Below are positions 1-11,021 of a stretch of 64,000 nucleotides of DNA, in pieces; positions within the stretch are counted from its first letter, which is position 1; each line of letters opens with the position of its first letter. The notes below the pieces were generated by a model, which searched no databases, was not told the origin of the DNA, and saw nothing but the letters and a program-made list of their open reading frames with translations. The stretch is from Chiloscyllium plagiosum (Eukaryota): NCBI RefSeq assembly GCF_004010195.1, contig NC_057718.1, positions 7,892,066 through 7,956,065 of the forward strand. The letters are read 5' to 3'. Made by a program: the position numbers and the translations under genes.

Positions 1-436
1 AAGGGAGAGGCTGAACAGGCTGGGGCTGTTTTCCCTGGAGCATCGGTGGTGAGGGGTGACCTTATAGAGGTTTACAAAATTATGAGGGGCATGGATAGGA
101 TAAAATAGACAAACTCTTTTCCCTGGGGTGGGGTAGTCCAGAACTAGAGGGCATAGGTTTAGGGTGAGATGGGAAAGATATAAAAGAGACCTAAGGGGCA
201 ACTTTTTCACGTAGAGGGTGGTACGTGTATGGAATGAGCTGCCAGAGGATGTGGTGGAGGCTGGTACAATTGAAACATTTAAGAGGCATTTGGATGGGTA
301 TATGAATAGGAAGGGTTTGGGGGGATATGGACCGGGTGCTGGCAGGTGGGACTAGATTGGGTTGGGATATCTGCTCAGCATGGACGGGTTGGACTGAAGG
401 GTCTGTTTGCATGCTGTCCATCTTTATGACTCTATG
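1..436 (+). mobile_element. CR1-clade LINE 3' fragment (ORF2 C-terminus and 3' UTR)
   Basis: Encodes decayed RERLNRLGLFSLE..RGDLIEVYKIMRGMDR; ends in a (ctatgact)-type tail; many similar copies in the window. Confidence 0.9.
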
Positions 437-499
437 TCGACCAGCAGGATTAATTGAATTGTCCGTTTAAAGAGTTGGTCGATGAACAATGTTGAAACT

Positions 500-576
500 T
501 TATTGCTGGAACAGCACAGCAGGTCAGGCAGCATCCAGGGAACAGGAGATTCGACGTTTCGGGCACAGGCCCTTCG
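500..576 (-). mobile_element. Truncated PLE-derived pLTR fragment with partial hammerhead motif
   Basis: Reverse complement gaagggcctgtgcccgaaacgtcgaatc matches the family at 24627-25217; the CTGATGA box is cut off. Confidence 0.7.
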
Positions 577-860
577 GTCGATGGACAATGCCAAATGGCT
601 TCCTTCAGTGTTGGAAGCTTTTCTGATACAATAACATGCTGGTATCATATTTATCAATACACACATGTAACTGGCTCCTCCTATATTTTTGCTCAAAGAG
701 CAGGAGCAGTGTGTAAGTTGCATAACACTGACCAGAGAGTATCAGCCTGTTTGAGAAGATAGTCATCTAACTGTTGTAGCCATATGTAATGGGCACTTTG
801 TGGTTAAGTGCAGTGACTAACACAAAACCTACTTCGATGAACTCTGGTAAGGTGGTGGTA

Positions 861-1171
861 TGTTACAGACCAGGCCAGACTCGCTCAAAACATTTCAAGA
901 GGGTATCCCAGAACCTAATTTTGATGGTTGTTTTAAGCAGGTGTAACACGGACATTCCTGGAGAATGGTCAAACCGCTTAGTTTTAAACAAGACATAATT
1001 TATTTACAAGAGTGCTGAATGAAACCCAGCAATAGAAAACAGAATACTGAATAACTTAACCTCTCCCAACAGGTCATCCCAACCTAATGATGCTGCTTCA
1101 AGTACTTATAGCAATGCCCATAAACACCCCTTGGCACAACAGGTAAAATCAAACTGAGGTTCTTACAGGAA

Positions 1172-1203
<32 letters not shown>

Positions 1204-1512
1204 ATACCAGCATGGACCTGCTTCTGTGGGTCCAGCAGCTTTTACGACATTATTGCAAAAACCAAACCAAACCAAACCAAACCAGAGTAAAGCTGAGCTA
1301 GGAGAACTGGCCACTTCCCTTTCACTGTACAGGTATACTCCTTTTAAAAATAAACTTGAAGGCCTTCTGCCTGATGCAGTGTCTATTAGCTATTGTCAAA
1401 TTGGCCCTACAATCCTTCAACCCCAGACTTTTCGGAGTCTGTGTCTTTTCAATCTCTCTGGAAAAAAAAACCAAGGACAATATAACCTTATTTAAGGAGC
1501 AGCTTTGTCAAA
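861..1512 (-). repeat. 3' LTR of the Gmr1-like element
   Basis: Starts tgttacagaccaggccagac, ends ggagcagctttgtcaaa; aligns to 5920-6786; internal (GA)n; purine tract aagggcagagg directly upstream on the minus strand (PPT-like). Confidence 0.88.
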
Positions 1513-1799
1513 CCTCTGCCCTTAACAAAAAATGAACCATCAATATCCAAAGATGGTTTCATTATAAAACCTGTTAAACCTAAATTGTTAGTTCTCTAAA
1601 ACACACATATACGTTACATTGACTATAAACATGCAAATATGCACAACTACATTCCATTTCAGTCTGTTGTACTCCCACCACCGAATGCCTTCATTTCTCG
1701 TTCGAGTCTTGAAAATGCATCGGTGTTCATGTTTTCTCGTCCTGCCACGTTCACAATTTTCAAATTGAATGGCTGGACCATCTAAACAGTCTGGCATTT

Positions 1800-2960
1800 T
1801 TGCCCTTAAATTTCTCCACTAACTTCAATGGGTTATGATCAGTGTCTACAATTGTCTCAGACTCGTTACTGGTAACATAAACGCTGAAATGTTGTAACAC
1901 CAACACCAAGCTCAACCATTGAATATTTCTGCTGCTGAATGTTTAACTTCCTGGAGGAATATACAATAGGTCTTTCTATCTTCTCGTCGTCTACCTGCAA
2001 GAGCATAGCATCGACACCCACATCACTTGCTTCAATGGCCACTTTGAATGGCATCGCATAATTAGGTGTGGCTAATACTAGGGCAGTGGTTAACACAGCT
2101 TTCAGGCTGTCAAATGCCTTCCGACAATTCACTGTGCACTGAAACGTTTTGCCTTTCTTTAGCAATTCAGTGAGTGGAGCAGCCACACTGCTAGAATTTG
2201 GTACGAATTTTCAATAAAACCCATTCAATCTCAGGAACTGTAGTGTTGTACCTTTTGTCGATGGTATGGGAAACTCCCCTATTCGCTTTAAGCTTGCTTC
2301 CTGTGGGGCCATATGTCCATGTCCAATAACATGGTGTGGGAAGGTGACTTGGGCTTTGGCAAATTCACTTTTAGCCAGGTTTATCACCAAGCCTGCCTTC
2401 CACAGTCGATCAAACAAGTCTGATAAATGCGTAAATGTTCCTTCCATGAGTGACTAAAAATCACCATGCCATCGATATATACAACACAGTTGGATAATTT
2501 GACAATGACCTTGTTGGTTATTTGTTGCCTTTTTGTCTGAAATGTGGCTGGCACATTTTTTCATGGCAAATGACTTGACTTTGAACTGATACAGTCCATT
2601 TGGCACTACAAAAGTTGAAATTGCCTTTGCTCTCTTTGACAAAGATACCTGCCAGTATCCTCTGAGTAAGTCCAACTTAGAAAGATATCTTTCTTGTCCC
2701 ACCTTCTCAGCACAGTCTTCCAAACGAAAAATTGGATATGGATCAGTCTTTGTGATTGCATGACTTTGCGATAGTCCACACATAACCGATGGGTACAATC
2801 TGGTTTTGGTACCATGACTATGGGTGAGCTCCAGTCACTGTAACTCACTTTGATTTTGTCGTCTTGGAGCATGTGTTCAATCTCTTTTTGAACTTGTGCC
2901 AACTTTAGAGGGTTATGTCTCTAAGAATGTTGCTTAATTGGAACAGCATCTCCTATATCT
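1800..2960 (-). pseudogene. RT and RNase H remnants of the Gmr1-like pol
   Basis: WSSPIVMVPKPD..RLCVDYRK, YPIFRLEDC, LDLLRGYWQV, CVVYIDG (decayed YIDD), FKVAIEASDVGV; several frameshifts. Confidence 0.9.
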
Positions 2961-3061
2961 ACATCATGCATAATTAGATTAGTATTTCCCAGTTTATTTT
3001 CACATATCTCCCCATGTGATAGCAACAAGTCTTTCAGGTTATGTCAAATTTCCTCTGGAGG

Positions 3062-4330
3062 TTAACTCAATAATTTATCCCAATTTTTGACAACTTCCTC
3101 ATTGTCCAATTTAATTTGAGGAATGTCCAATTCAGAATCCTCTGAACTTGGTTCTTCCTTCTTTGTTGTAATCAATAACCCATTCTCCTCTTGCTTTCCT
3201 TCTCTATCAAAATGCCTTTTGAGCGTATTCACATGACACACTCTGTGAGATTTCTTTCTGCCTGGAATCCCTATCAAAGAATTCACCTCACTCAATTTCC
3301 TTTTGACCTGGTAAGGTCCACTAAATCCTGCTTTTAAAGGTTCACTTATCACTGGAAGCAACACTAATACCTTCTCCCTGACAGCAAAATTGTGAATTTT
3401 TGATTTCTTGTCTGCTTCCTGTTTCATTGTATGCTGTAATTATTTTAAATGCTGTCTAGCCAACTCTCCAGCTCTATTTAATCATTCTCTAAATTTGGAT
3501 ACATAGTCCGAACATGTGACCTGTGCATTCTAACTTACCAATTTCTCCTTAATCAATTTTAGCAGTCCTTTCAACGCATGCACAAAAATCTAGTTCAAAT
3601 GGACTGAATTTGGTCGATTCATTTGGTGCATCTTTGATCACAAAAAGTACAAACAGAATTGCCTTATCCCAGTCATCTGAATAGTCTTGACTAAGCCCTC
3701 AACATGGTCTTTAATGTCTGATGTCTCCTTTTGTAGCCTCCTTGCGATTCTAGATGGTATTCAGCAGACTTGAACTGCTTTATTCCAAAGCTGTCCATAA
3801 CTTTCTTTAATAATTTTGATGTGAAGCTTGACCCTTGATGATTGTATCGCTGTGGGTAATCCCTATCTAGTGAAAATTTGAGTAAGTCCTCTACAATCCT
3901 TTTAACTGTGATATTGTGCAATGAAACAGCCTCTGGAAATCTGGTTGACACATCCATTATTGTTAACTAACACTGATTCTCACTTTTCGTTTGAGGTAGG
4001 AAACCAACACATTCAATTAAAACTCTTGAAAATGTTTGTCAAATACAGGATTAAGTACTCAAGGTGTTGGTTTTCCAATTGCCTGACATGTATGACAGGT
4101 CTGGCAAAATTCAACTATATCCTTGTGCAGTCCAGGCCAGTAAAAATGTTTTTCTATTTTAGCTTGAATTGTTCTCACTCCTAAATGACCCTCTAGAGGT
4201 AGCTTGTGCACCACTTGCAACGCCTCCTTTCTATAACCCACTGGCAATACGATTTGATGAACTTCTGCCCATTTCTAATCTGCCTGAATATGTGATTGCC
4301 TCCATTTCCTCTTTATGATGTCATTTTTAC
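3062..4330 (-). pseudogene. Integrase remnant (HHCC, DDE core, GPY/F), upstream of RT
   Basis: H..GHLGV..HFYWPGL..FCQTCHTCQ; MDVSTRFPEAV; QGSSFTS; ESQG; FSGPYQV. Confidence 0.9.
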
Positions 4331-4525
4331 GATAATACATTCAGGAATACATTGAGATCTTTTTCTGTGCATGCCTATTGATACCATTGCTTTAAATTTT
4401 CATCATTCTGCTGTAACCCAGTTAATTTATCTGAGCTAAAGATGTCTGCTTTGTCATCTATCTGCTCCTGGTTTGTGCCAACCATCTGATCAAACAGGGT
4501 CTCCGCTAATTCCATTTCAACTTCC

Positions 4526-4925
4526 TTATCTGTACTCTTTGATCGCTCCTGTTTCAGCTGGTGACTTTGTGACCTCATTACCACACAATCCGGAAATATC
4601 CCAGGATGTGTCCTGCAATAGCTCAGTTGCCTGAGTTTCCATGGCCTTTTCAACCACAGTAGGCAGCAATCCTATTGGTGGATCAACTATATCATTAGCA
4701 TATTGTATTCCTGGAGCTGAGAATTTGTCCAGTACTCCTACCATGACCTCTCCACTCTTCATTGGACACTCTAACCTCAGTCTACATAATTGAGCGCTTC
4801 TTGTCTCACCATGAATTACTGTTATCAGTATATTTTCTGGCAATAGTCCTTCAGAAGTACATATCTCCTCATCTTTAGCATCCCAGATTGAGAGGATCCT
4901 GTGTCTCTTAATATTGTAACCTCTC
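4526..4925 (-). pseudogene. Retropepsin protease remnant
   Basis: Minus strand near 4885-4920 reads TILRDTGSSQS (catalytic DTG), followed by the 4526-4843 ORF. Confidence 0.75.
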
Positions 4926-5084
4926 CCTGCTGCTCCTGGCCTATGATTTAAGAAGTTCTGGCACTTCCTCCTTAACCCAGCCTCCGACCAGCTTGTACAT
5001 TCTGGTGCAGCTTTCTAGCCTACACTGTGCTTTCTGTCACAGGCTTATCCTGTTTTCCTACATCTGGCTCCCCAGTGCTTTTCC

Positions 5085-5790
5085 TAACTCGCCAACACTG
5101 TGATTTCCTACCTACCTTATTGCAGTGAAAACACTGGAGCTTTTTAACTTCTTTGTCCCCTTCAAGGGTTTCCTTTTTACCATGTGGCATGACCTTCACT
5201 GAGATCTACCTTTCCCTTTCCACGTGAGGATTTCTGTTTTCCCCAATTTCTATCCCTCGTGGATTGAAATTGATTCTGGAAGCCAAACCTTGCTTTGTGG
5301 ACTAACCCATAATGATCAACCATTTCAGCTCTGAAACCTGCTGTTTTAACTCTTTACACTTCCACGTGAGCTCTCACTATTTCAGGAAGTGCATTTTTGA
5401 ACTCCAGTCTAAGTGCCAATTTTTGAAAGTCAAAATCCTTCCCTTTCTTCCTTTCTTATCTCTCCTTTTCTCTCCCTTTCATCTTCTCTCTCCTCTGCTT
5501 TTGATCATAATTCAAACTGCTCCATTTCTGTGGCCCTTTCCCTGTCTTTTGCCTCTAACTCAAGCTGCTTCATTTTCAAGTGAACTTTAGCCATCTCTAA
5601 GGATTCTGATGGCACATCCAGCAAATCTAAATGCTGAGCTATTGCTGTAATTACCTCTCCTTTCCTCACGGAAGGAGGCAGCTCCAAATCCAGGTAATTC
5701 CAGCAGCTTGGCCTTAATCACCTTTTGTAAAATCCCCAAGGTAATTCCTCCCACCCCCCAGAAAACTCTTGGTGACTGAAACAGCCATTG
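5085..5790 (-). pseudogene. gag remnant (coiled-coil N-terminus, SCAN-like capsid C-terminus, broken zinc knuckle)
   Basis: LKMKQLELEAKDRER; EFKNALPEIVRAHV near 5360-5403; CFHCNKVG..KSQCW near 5090-5135; appears internally deleted. Confidence 0.7.
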
Positions 5791-5895
5791 TTATCCCAAA
5801 CACTGTTTAAACTAATCAAAATCAGCACCTGGAACAAAAGACACTAATACCTACCACTCGCTGTCTTCGAATCTAACAACCCGAATCACAATCAC

Positions 5896-5919
5896 AAATC
5901 CCACAAAGAGTCCACAATC
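5896..5919 (-). other. Degenerate primer-binding site, tRNA-Pro-like
   Basis: Minus strand tgtggactctttgtgggattt just inside the 5' LTR resembles the tRNA-Pro PBS tgggggctcgtccgggattt. Confidence 0.45.
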
Positions 5920-6786
5920 TGTTGTGGACCAGGCCAGATCCCCTCAAAACATTTCAAGAAAGTATCCCACACCCCAACTTTCCTAGTTGTTTTAAGCAGG
6001 TGTACCGTGAATATTCCAGGAGGGAATTAGATGATCAAACCACTTAGTTTTAAACAAATAGAATTTATTTCCAAGATTACTGAATGAAATATAAACAAAA
6101 GAGAACAGAATGCTGAATAACAAACTCTCTGAAAACCCAACAGAACGTTCCAACGTAATGATGTTGTTCCAAATACTTGCAACAATCCCCATAAACACCC
6201 CTTGGCACAAAAGGTAAAATCAAACCCAGAAGCTAACAGGAGAGAAGTCAGAGAGAGAGAGAGAGAGAGAGTACCAGCCTGGGCCTGCTTCTGTGCGTCC
6301 AGCAGCTTTTCCACACTACTGGTAAAATCCAAGCCAAGCCAGAGAAAAGCTGAGCTGGGAGAACTGGCCACTCCCCTTTCATTGTACAAGTGTTCACTTT
6401 TTTTTAAACTTGAAGGCCTTCTGCCTGAGTTGAAAAATGTGATGCTGGAAAAACACAGCAGGCCAGGCAGCATCCGAGGAGCAGGAGAATCGATGTTTCG
6501 GGCATAAACCCTTCTTCATGCCCAAAAAGTCGGTACTCCTGCTCCTCGGATGCTGCCTGGCCTGCTGTGTTTTTCCAGCAAAACATTTTTCAACTCTGGT
6601 CTCCAGCATCTGCAGTCCTCACTTTCTCCTAGGCCTTCTGCCTGAGGCAGTATCCGTTAGCTATAGTCAACTTGGCCCTGAAACCCTTCAACCCCAGACT
6701 CTTCGGAGTCTGTGTCTTTTATGACCTCTCTGAAAAAAACCCAATAAAGGACAACATAACCTTGTTAAAGGAGCAGCTTCGTCACA
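5920..6786 (-). repeat. 5' LTR of the Gmr1-like element, interrupted at 6430-6630
   Basis: tgttgtggaccaggccagatc ... ggagcagcttcgtcaca (TG..CA ends); homologous to 861-1512. Confidence 0.88.
6430..6630. mobile_element. Palindromic PLE-derived insert with 16-bp target-site duplication
   Basis: aggccttctgcctgag at 6414-6429 and 6631-6646; empty site in the other LTR near 1360; arms are inverted repeats. Confidence 0.85.
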
Positions 6787-6974
6787 GAGGGAGTAGAGTT
6801 TCTGAGCCCAGGGCTCATCTGCTCCAACTGCTTTGCTCTTTGATTTTTTTTCCTTTTAATCTCTCTCCTCTCATTTTTTCTCCTTTATTTTATTTTACTT
6901 ATCTCTTGATGGAGACCCCTGTCATGTCAATAGCAGTTGGTGAGTAGACTCGTGTAGGTGCAGCAGCATGGACG

Positions 6975-7597
6975 CGAATAAGCCCAGTATCATCAATTTG
7001 AGCAGGCCCAGCAGCACGGACTCGAGTGGACCCAGCACCGCGGACTCAAGTACGTCCAGCAGCGCAAACACGAGTGGGCCCAGCAGTGCAGACTCGAGTG
7101 GGCCCAGCAGTACAGACTCAAGTGGGCCCAGCAGCGCAGACTCGAGTGGGCCCAGCAGCACAGACTCGAGTGGGCCCAGCAGTGTAGACTCGAGTGGGCC
7201 CAGCAGTGCAGACTCGAGTGAGCCGAGCAGTACAGACTCGAGTGGGCCCAGCAGCGCAGACTCGAGTGGGCCCAGCAGTGCAGACTCGAGTGGGCCCAGC
7301 AGTGCAGACTCAAGTGGGCCCAGCAGTATGGACTCGAGTAGGCCCAGCAGTGTGAACTCAAGTAGGCCCAGCAGCACGGACTCAAGTAGGTCCAGCGCAC
7401 AGACTAAAATAAGACCAGCAGCTCCGATTCGAGCGGGCCCAGCAGTACGGACTCAAGTAGGTCCAGCAGCGTGGACCCGAGTAGGCCCAGCACCATAGAC
7501 TCGAGTGGGCCTAGCAGCATGGACCTAAGTAGGCCCATCAGCATGGACTTGAGTGGGCCTAGCAGCGTGGACTCGCGTAGACCCAGCAGCATGGACC
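6975..7597. repeat. 24-bp minisatellite (gactcgagtgggcccagcagtgca)n, about 25 units
   Basis: Direct periodicity; produces the SGPSSADS and LLGPLESA repeat ORFs. Confidence 0.95.
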
Positions 7598-8243
7598 GAT
7601 GACAGTGGCATTGGAGGTGAGTTTGGGTTCCAGGCAGCTTTTGCATCATCGAGACTGTCCTCGCACTAACCCATCGCTGCGGTGGAGGTGAGTTTGGGTT
7701 CCTGGAGCATCTGTCTCCAACACAGATTTAGGGAGGTTGTGGTGCTGACAGGTTTGGGTCCCAGTATGAGACCTGACAGCATCACCGGCGGCGAAATGGG
7801 TCGAAGCACACTCCTGGTAGCGGCGGAGTCAAGTTTGGGCCGGATCGATACCCGACAGCATCTGCAGTGTCTGCATTGGTGAGATCCAGCGGGGACTCAG
7901 TGGCGAGGCTGTCAGTGATAGTGAGATGCTGCCGAAGAATGATGACATTTGCTCCAGAGGTGGTGACACTGTGAAGGGGACCCATACCCTGGCCATCAGG
8001 CCCGTGGTGGAGCTCTTCACCAGAAGGACTGTAAAGTTGAACACTTACTTTATTCCTTTATTTCTCTGTCTTTATATTCTATGCTTTTGGTTTATTTTTC
8101 TATGATCTAAGATGGCACTGGAGAGGGTGACTCTATTCATTGTATTTTGTAACAAGATACGTGGGACAATAAATAAATAAACTTGCTTCTTTGCATCTTC
8201 CCCTTTTTGTAAAGTAGGATGTGTTTGAAAACCTTCTCTTTGT

Positions 8244-8710
8244 GGGCGGCATGGTGGCACAGTGGTTAGCACTACTGCCTCATAGCGCCTGAGACCTGGG
8301 TTCAATTCCTGCCTCAGGCGACTGACTGTGTGGAGTTTGCACATTCTCCCCGTGTCTGCGTGGGTTTCCTCCGGGTGCTCGGGTTTCCTCCCGCAATCAA
8401 AAAAGATGTGCAGGTCAGGTGAATTGGCCATGCTAAATTGCCCGTAGTGTTAGGTAAGGGGTAAATGTAGGGGTATGGGTGGGTTGCGTGCACGTTCTCC
8501 CTGTGTCTGCATGGGTTTCTTCCGGGTGCTTGGGTTTCCTCCCGCAATCAAAAAAGATGTGCAGGTCAGGTGAATTGACCATGTTAAATTGCCCATAGTG
8601 TTAGGTAATGGGTAAATGTAGGGGTATGGGTGGGTTGCACTTCGGCGGGTCGGTGACTTGTTGGGCCGAAGGGCCTGTTTCCACACTGTAATGTAATCTA
8701 ATCTAATCTG
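8244..8710 (+). mobile_element. HE1-type tRNA-derived V-SINE with internal tandem duplication
   Basis: A box ggcacagtgg, B box ggttcaattcc, V-domain gtggagtttgcacattctccccgtgtctgcgtggg; about 150 bp duplicated; (aatct)n tail. Confidence 0.9.
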
Positions 8711-9030
8711 ATCATGTTTCAAGTGTTTTTTCCCCCTAACTTCAAAGTTGCTGTAAACCTGTTTGAATGAGGTGATGAATTATTTGGAAATAGATCAGTT
8801 GTATCTCACTTCAGTGTGTGATTTCCAGACCATAATTATCACCCAACGTATTAAAGTTGCAACAATGGACTACAAATAGTCTGAACACCTTCTGTTTCCA
8901 AACAATCTCTTGAAAAATGATTAACTTGCAAAATGAATAATCTCTTTTGGATTCTGTCACATTGCTGCCTTGGACATTGCTCACCATTATGAACAGCGTT
9001 GTAGACAACTTCATTCATATTTGTGTTTAG

Positions 9031-9219
9031 AACAGAAACTGCTCATGCAGATTTAACCCAGGACACAACCCCATCTACATGCTCCAACATTTCACAAGGA
9101 GAAACCATTGGTAGACATTTGGCTGTTCTGATGGACCAACTGAATCAAACACTTCTACTGAAAGATAATGTTCAATATTTGCATAAGGTTCAAGAAGTTA
9201 CAAACTTTGGAACTAAATG
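9031..9219 (+). other. Candidate exon of an unidentified transcript
   Basis: tttgtgtttAG acceptor, GTGAGT donor at 9220, 189 nt, open frame TETAHADL..NFGTK; no homology recognised. Confidence 0.3.
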
Positions 9220-9545
9220 GTGAGTAATTTTTCCAGCTTCAGCTTATCTAAAACTCTGCTGTCTTTTATCTAGTTTGTACAAAATCCTGGCTCAACAATC
9301 ACCCCAGTGCTTTCCAAATACCGTTGATTCCAGTCAAGTAGCTCCTTAATTTTAAAATACCTATTCTTGTTTTCAAATCATTTCATGGATGAATATTTCC
9401 GTGGCTCTGCCATCTCGTCCAACCTTACAAATCTCTTGACCATCTTGAATGATCAGGCTTGACTTATCCGGTTTAAATTTAAATCAGGCTTGTCAATTCA
9501 CTGTCAGTCGTCATCTAACTGATGTACTCTTCATCGGCAACACCT

Positions 9546-9718
9546 TGTTGTGGACGAGATCAGACCCACCTTAAATTATTTTACAAAGGTAGCCCAGACC
9601 CTAACCTTTTTTTTTGTTTTAAAGGCAGATGTGAAGTGTTAAGTTCCAGATGTGATACAAATGGTCAAACGACTCTATGTTCAGCAAAACACAATTTCTT
9701 TAAACTCTGTAGTTAAAT
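9546..9718 (-). mobile_element. Partial LTR related to the Gmr1-like LTRs
   Basis: tgttgtggacgagatcagaccc..ccagaccctaac..ggtcaaac resembles the ends at 861 and 5920. Confidence 0.65.
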
Positions 9719-9719
9719 G

Positions 9720-10153
9720 ACAAAATATAGAGGACCCAGCACCGATCCTGTGGCACTCCACTGGTCACAGGCCTACACTCTGAAAAACAACACTCCACCA
9801 CCACCCTCTGTCTTCTACCTTTGAGCCAGTTCTGTATTCAAATGGCTAGTTGTCCCTGTATTCCATAGGATCTAACATTGCTAACCAGTCTCCCATATGC
9901 AACCTTGTTGATGCCTTATTGAAGTCCATATAGATCACACCTACTGCTCTGCCCTCATCAATCTTCTTTGTTACTTCCTCAAAAAACTCAATCAAGTTTG
10001 TGAGACATGATTTCCCACACACAATCAGGCCTTGCCTTTCCAAATACATGTACATCCTGTCCCTCAGGATTCCCCCAACAACTTGCCCACCACCGAGGTC
10101 AGGCTCACCGGTCTATAGTTCCTTGGCTTGTCTTTACCGCCCTTCTTAAATAG
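9720..10153 (-). mobile_element. CR1 RT fragment
   Basis: NYRPVSLTSVVGKLL, KSCLTNLIEFFEEVTKKIDEGRAV, SGVPQ. Confidence 0.9.
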
Positions 10154-10154
10154 T

Positions 10155-10283
10155 GTCATCACTGTCACTGTCGTCACCATCGTCATCACCGTCAGCATTA
10201 CCAAGACCATCTTCATCACCATCACCATCATCATCACCATCACCATCACTGCCATCATCATTACCATAACCAATACCATCATC
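10155..10283. repeat. (ATC/ACC)n degenerate trinucleotide repeat
   Basis: catcaccatcaccatcatcatcacc run. Confidence 0.9.
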
Positions 10284-10289
10284 AAAGTG

Positions 10290-10612
10290 TTTTATTCCCC
10301 GCAGCGTCGCCACAACCAGGTCTCGTACTTACAACGGGTCTGGTTTATACTCACTCTACGTGTTACCGGAACTGGGAGCCGTCAGTTCTCGTAGAGCGGT
10401 TGCCAACAACCCACGCTCGGCGGTTAAACGCAACCCCGGAGCAGACTCTACCGAACTGGAGACTTTTCCAGCTGATATACTCTTTTCGAGATCTAAACAT
10501 TCATGTGAACAGCAGAGCAAGGCTGAAAAACACATTCCATTCTGGTCACATACAGATAAGAAGATTCACACTGGAAGGTGTGTAATAAGATTCACGCGGG
10601 ACTAAGCGACAC
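10290..10612. promoter_or_regulatory. CpG-rich unique patch, possible promoter or first exon
   Basis: Many CpGs in an otherwise CpG-poor window; no repeat recognised; minus-strand donor-like GTAAGT (10327-10332) and GTGAGT (10349-10354). Confidence 0.35.
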
Positions 10613-10868
10613 CTTCCATTTTCGGTTAGATTCACACATGTATTGGGACACAATTTTAACCCTTTCACCACAGTGGGTTAGCCATGGGAGTGTATGGGGC
10701 TACAGGGATATAGAGGAGGACTAGGTCTGAGTGGGATATTCTTCAAAGGGTTGACTGACTGGCCTCTGCCTACATTGTGGTGATTCTCTGAAGCCTTTTG
10801 GAATAATTTTACGGACTGGAATGTATCACTGCTCATTTCTGGATTTGAAATGAACTGGTCCCTTCCAG

Positions 10869-11021
10869 AACAAATGACTGGGTTTCTGGTTAAAGCAAGT
10901 TTCAACAATGAGACTAATTGGCCAGTAAATTTCCTGAGCAGAACTGGGCTTTCTCCCAAAGGGAACCAATCAGCCAGCAGTTTGAAGGCACAGGTCAGAT
11001 TCACGCCCAAAACATCGCAAA
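10869..11021 (+). other. Candidate exon of an unidentified transcript
   Basis: tcccttccAG acceptor, GTGAGT donor at 11022, 153 nt, open frame QMTGFLVKASFNNETNW..PKTSQ. Confidence 0.3.

Larger units (their letters stand above)
861..6786 (-). mobile_element. Decayed Ty3/gypsy LTR retrotransposon, Gmr1-like (gag-PR-INT-RT-RH)
   Basis: Two homologous LTRs (861-1512, 5920-6786) flank minus-strand gag, DTG protease, integrase, RT and RNase H remnants in that order. Confidence 0.9.

Noticed and set aside
6922..7649. Ser-rich, Leu-rich and Cys/Trp-rich repeat proteins
   Set aside because: ORFs arise from a stop-free 24-bp unit on both strands; no other sign of a gene
8244..8320. tRNA genes (here, at 20448 and at 42961)
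   Set aside because: A and B boxes belong to SINE heads that continue into SINE bodies; no full cloverleaf evident
8811..9014. Minus-strand ORF with a signal-peptide-like start (MKLSTTLFIMV)
   Set aside because: Short, weak hydrophobic core, no supporting features
10064..10394. Met/Val-rich and Ile/Thr-rich ORFs
   Set aside because: Trinucleotide repeat fused to a CR1 fragment
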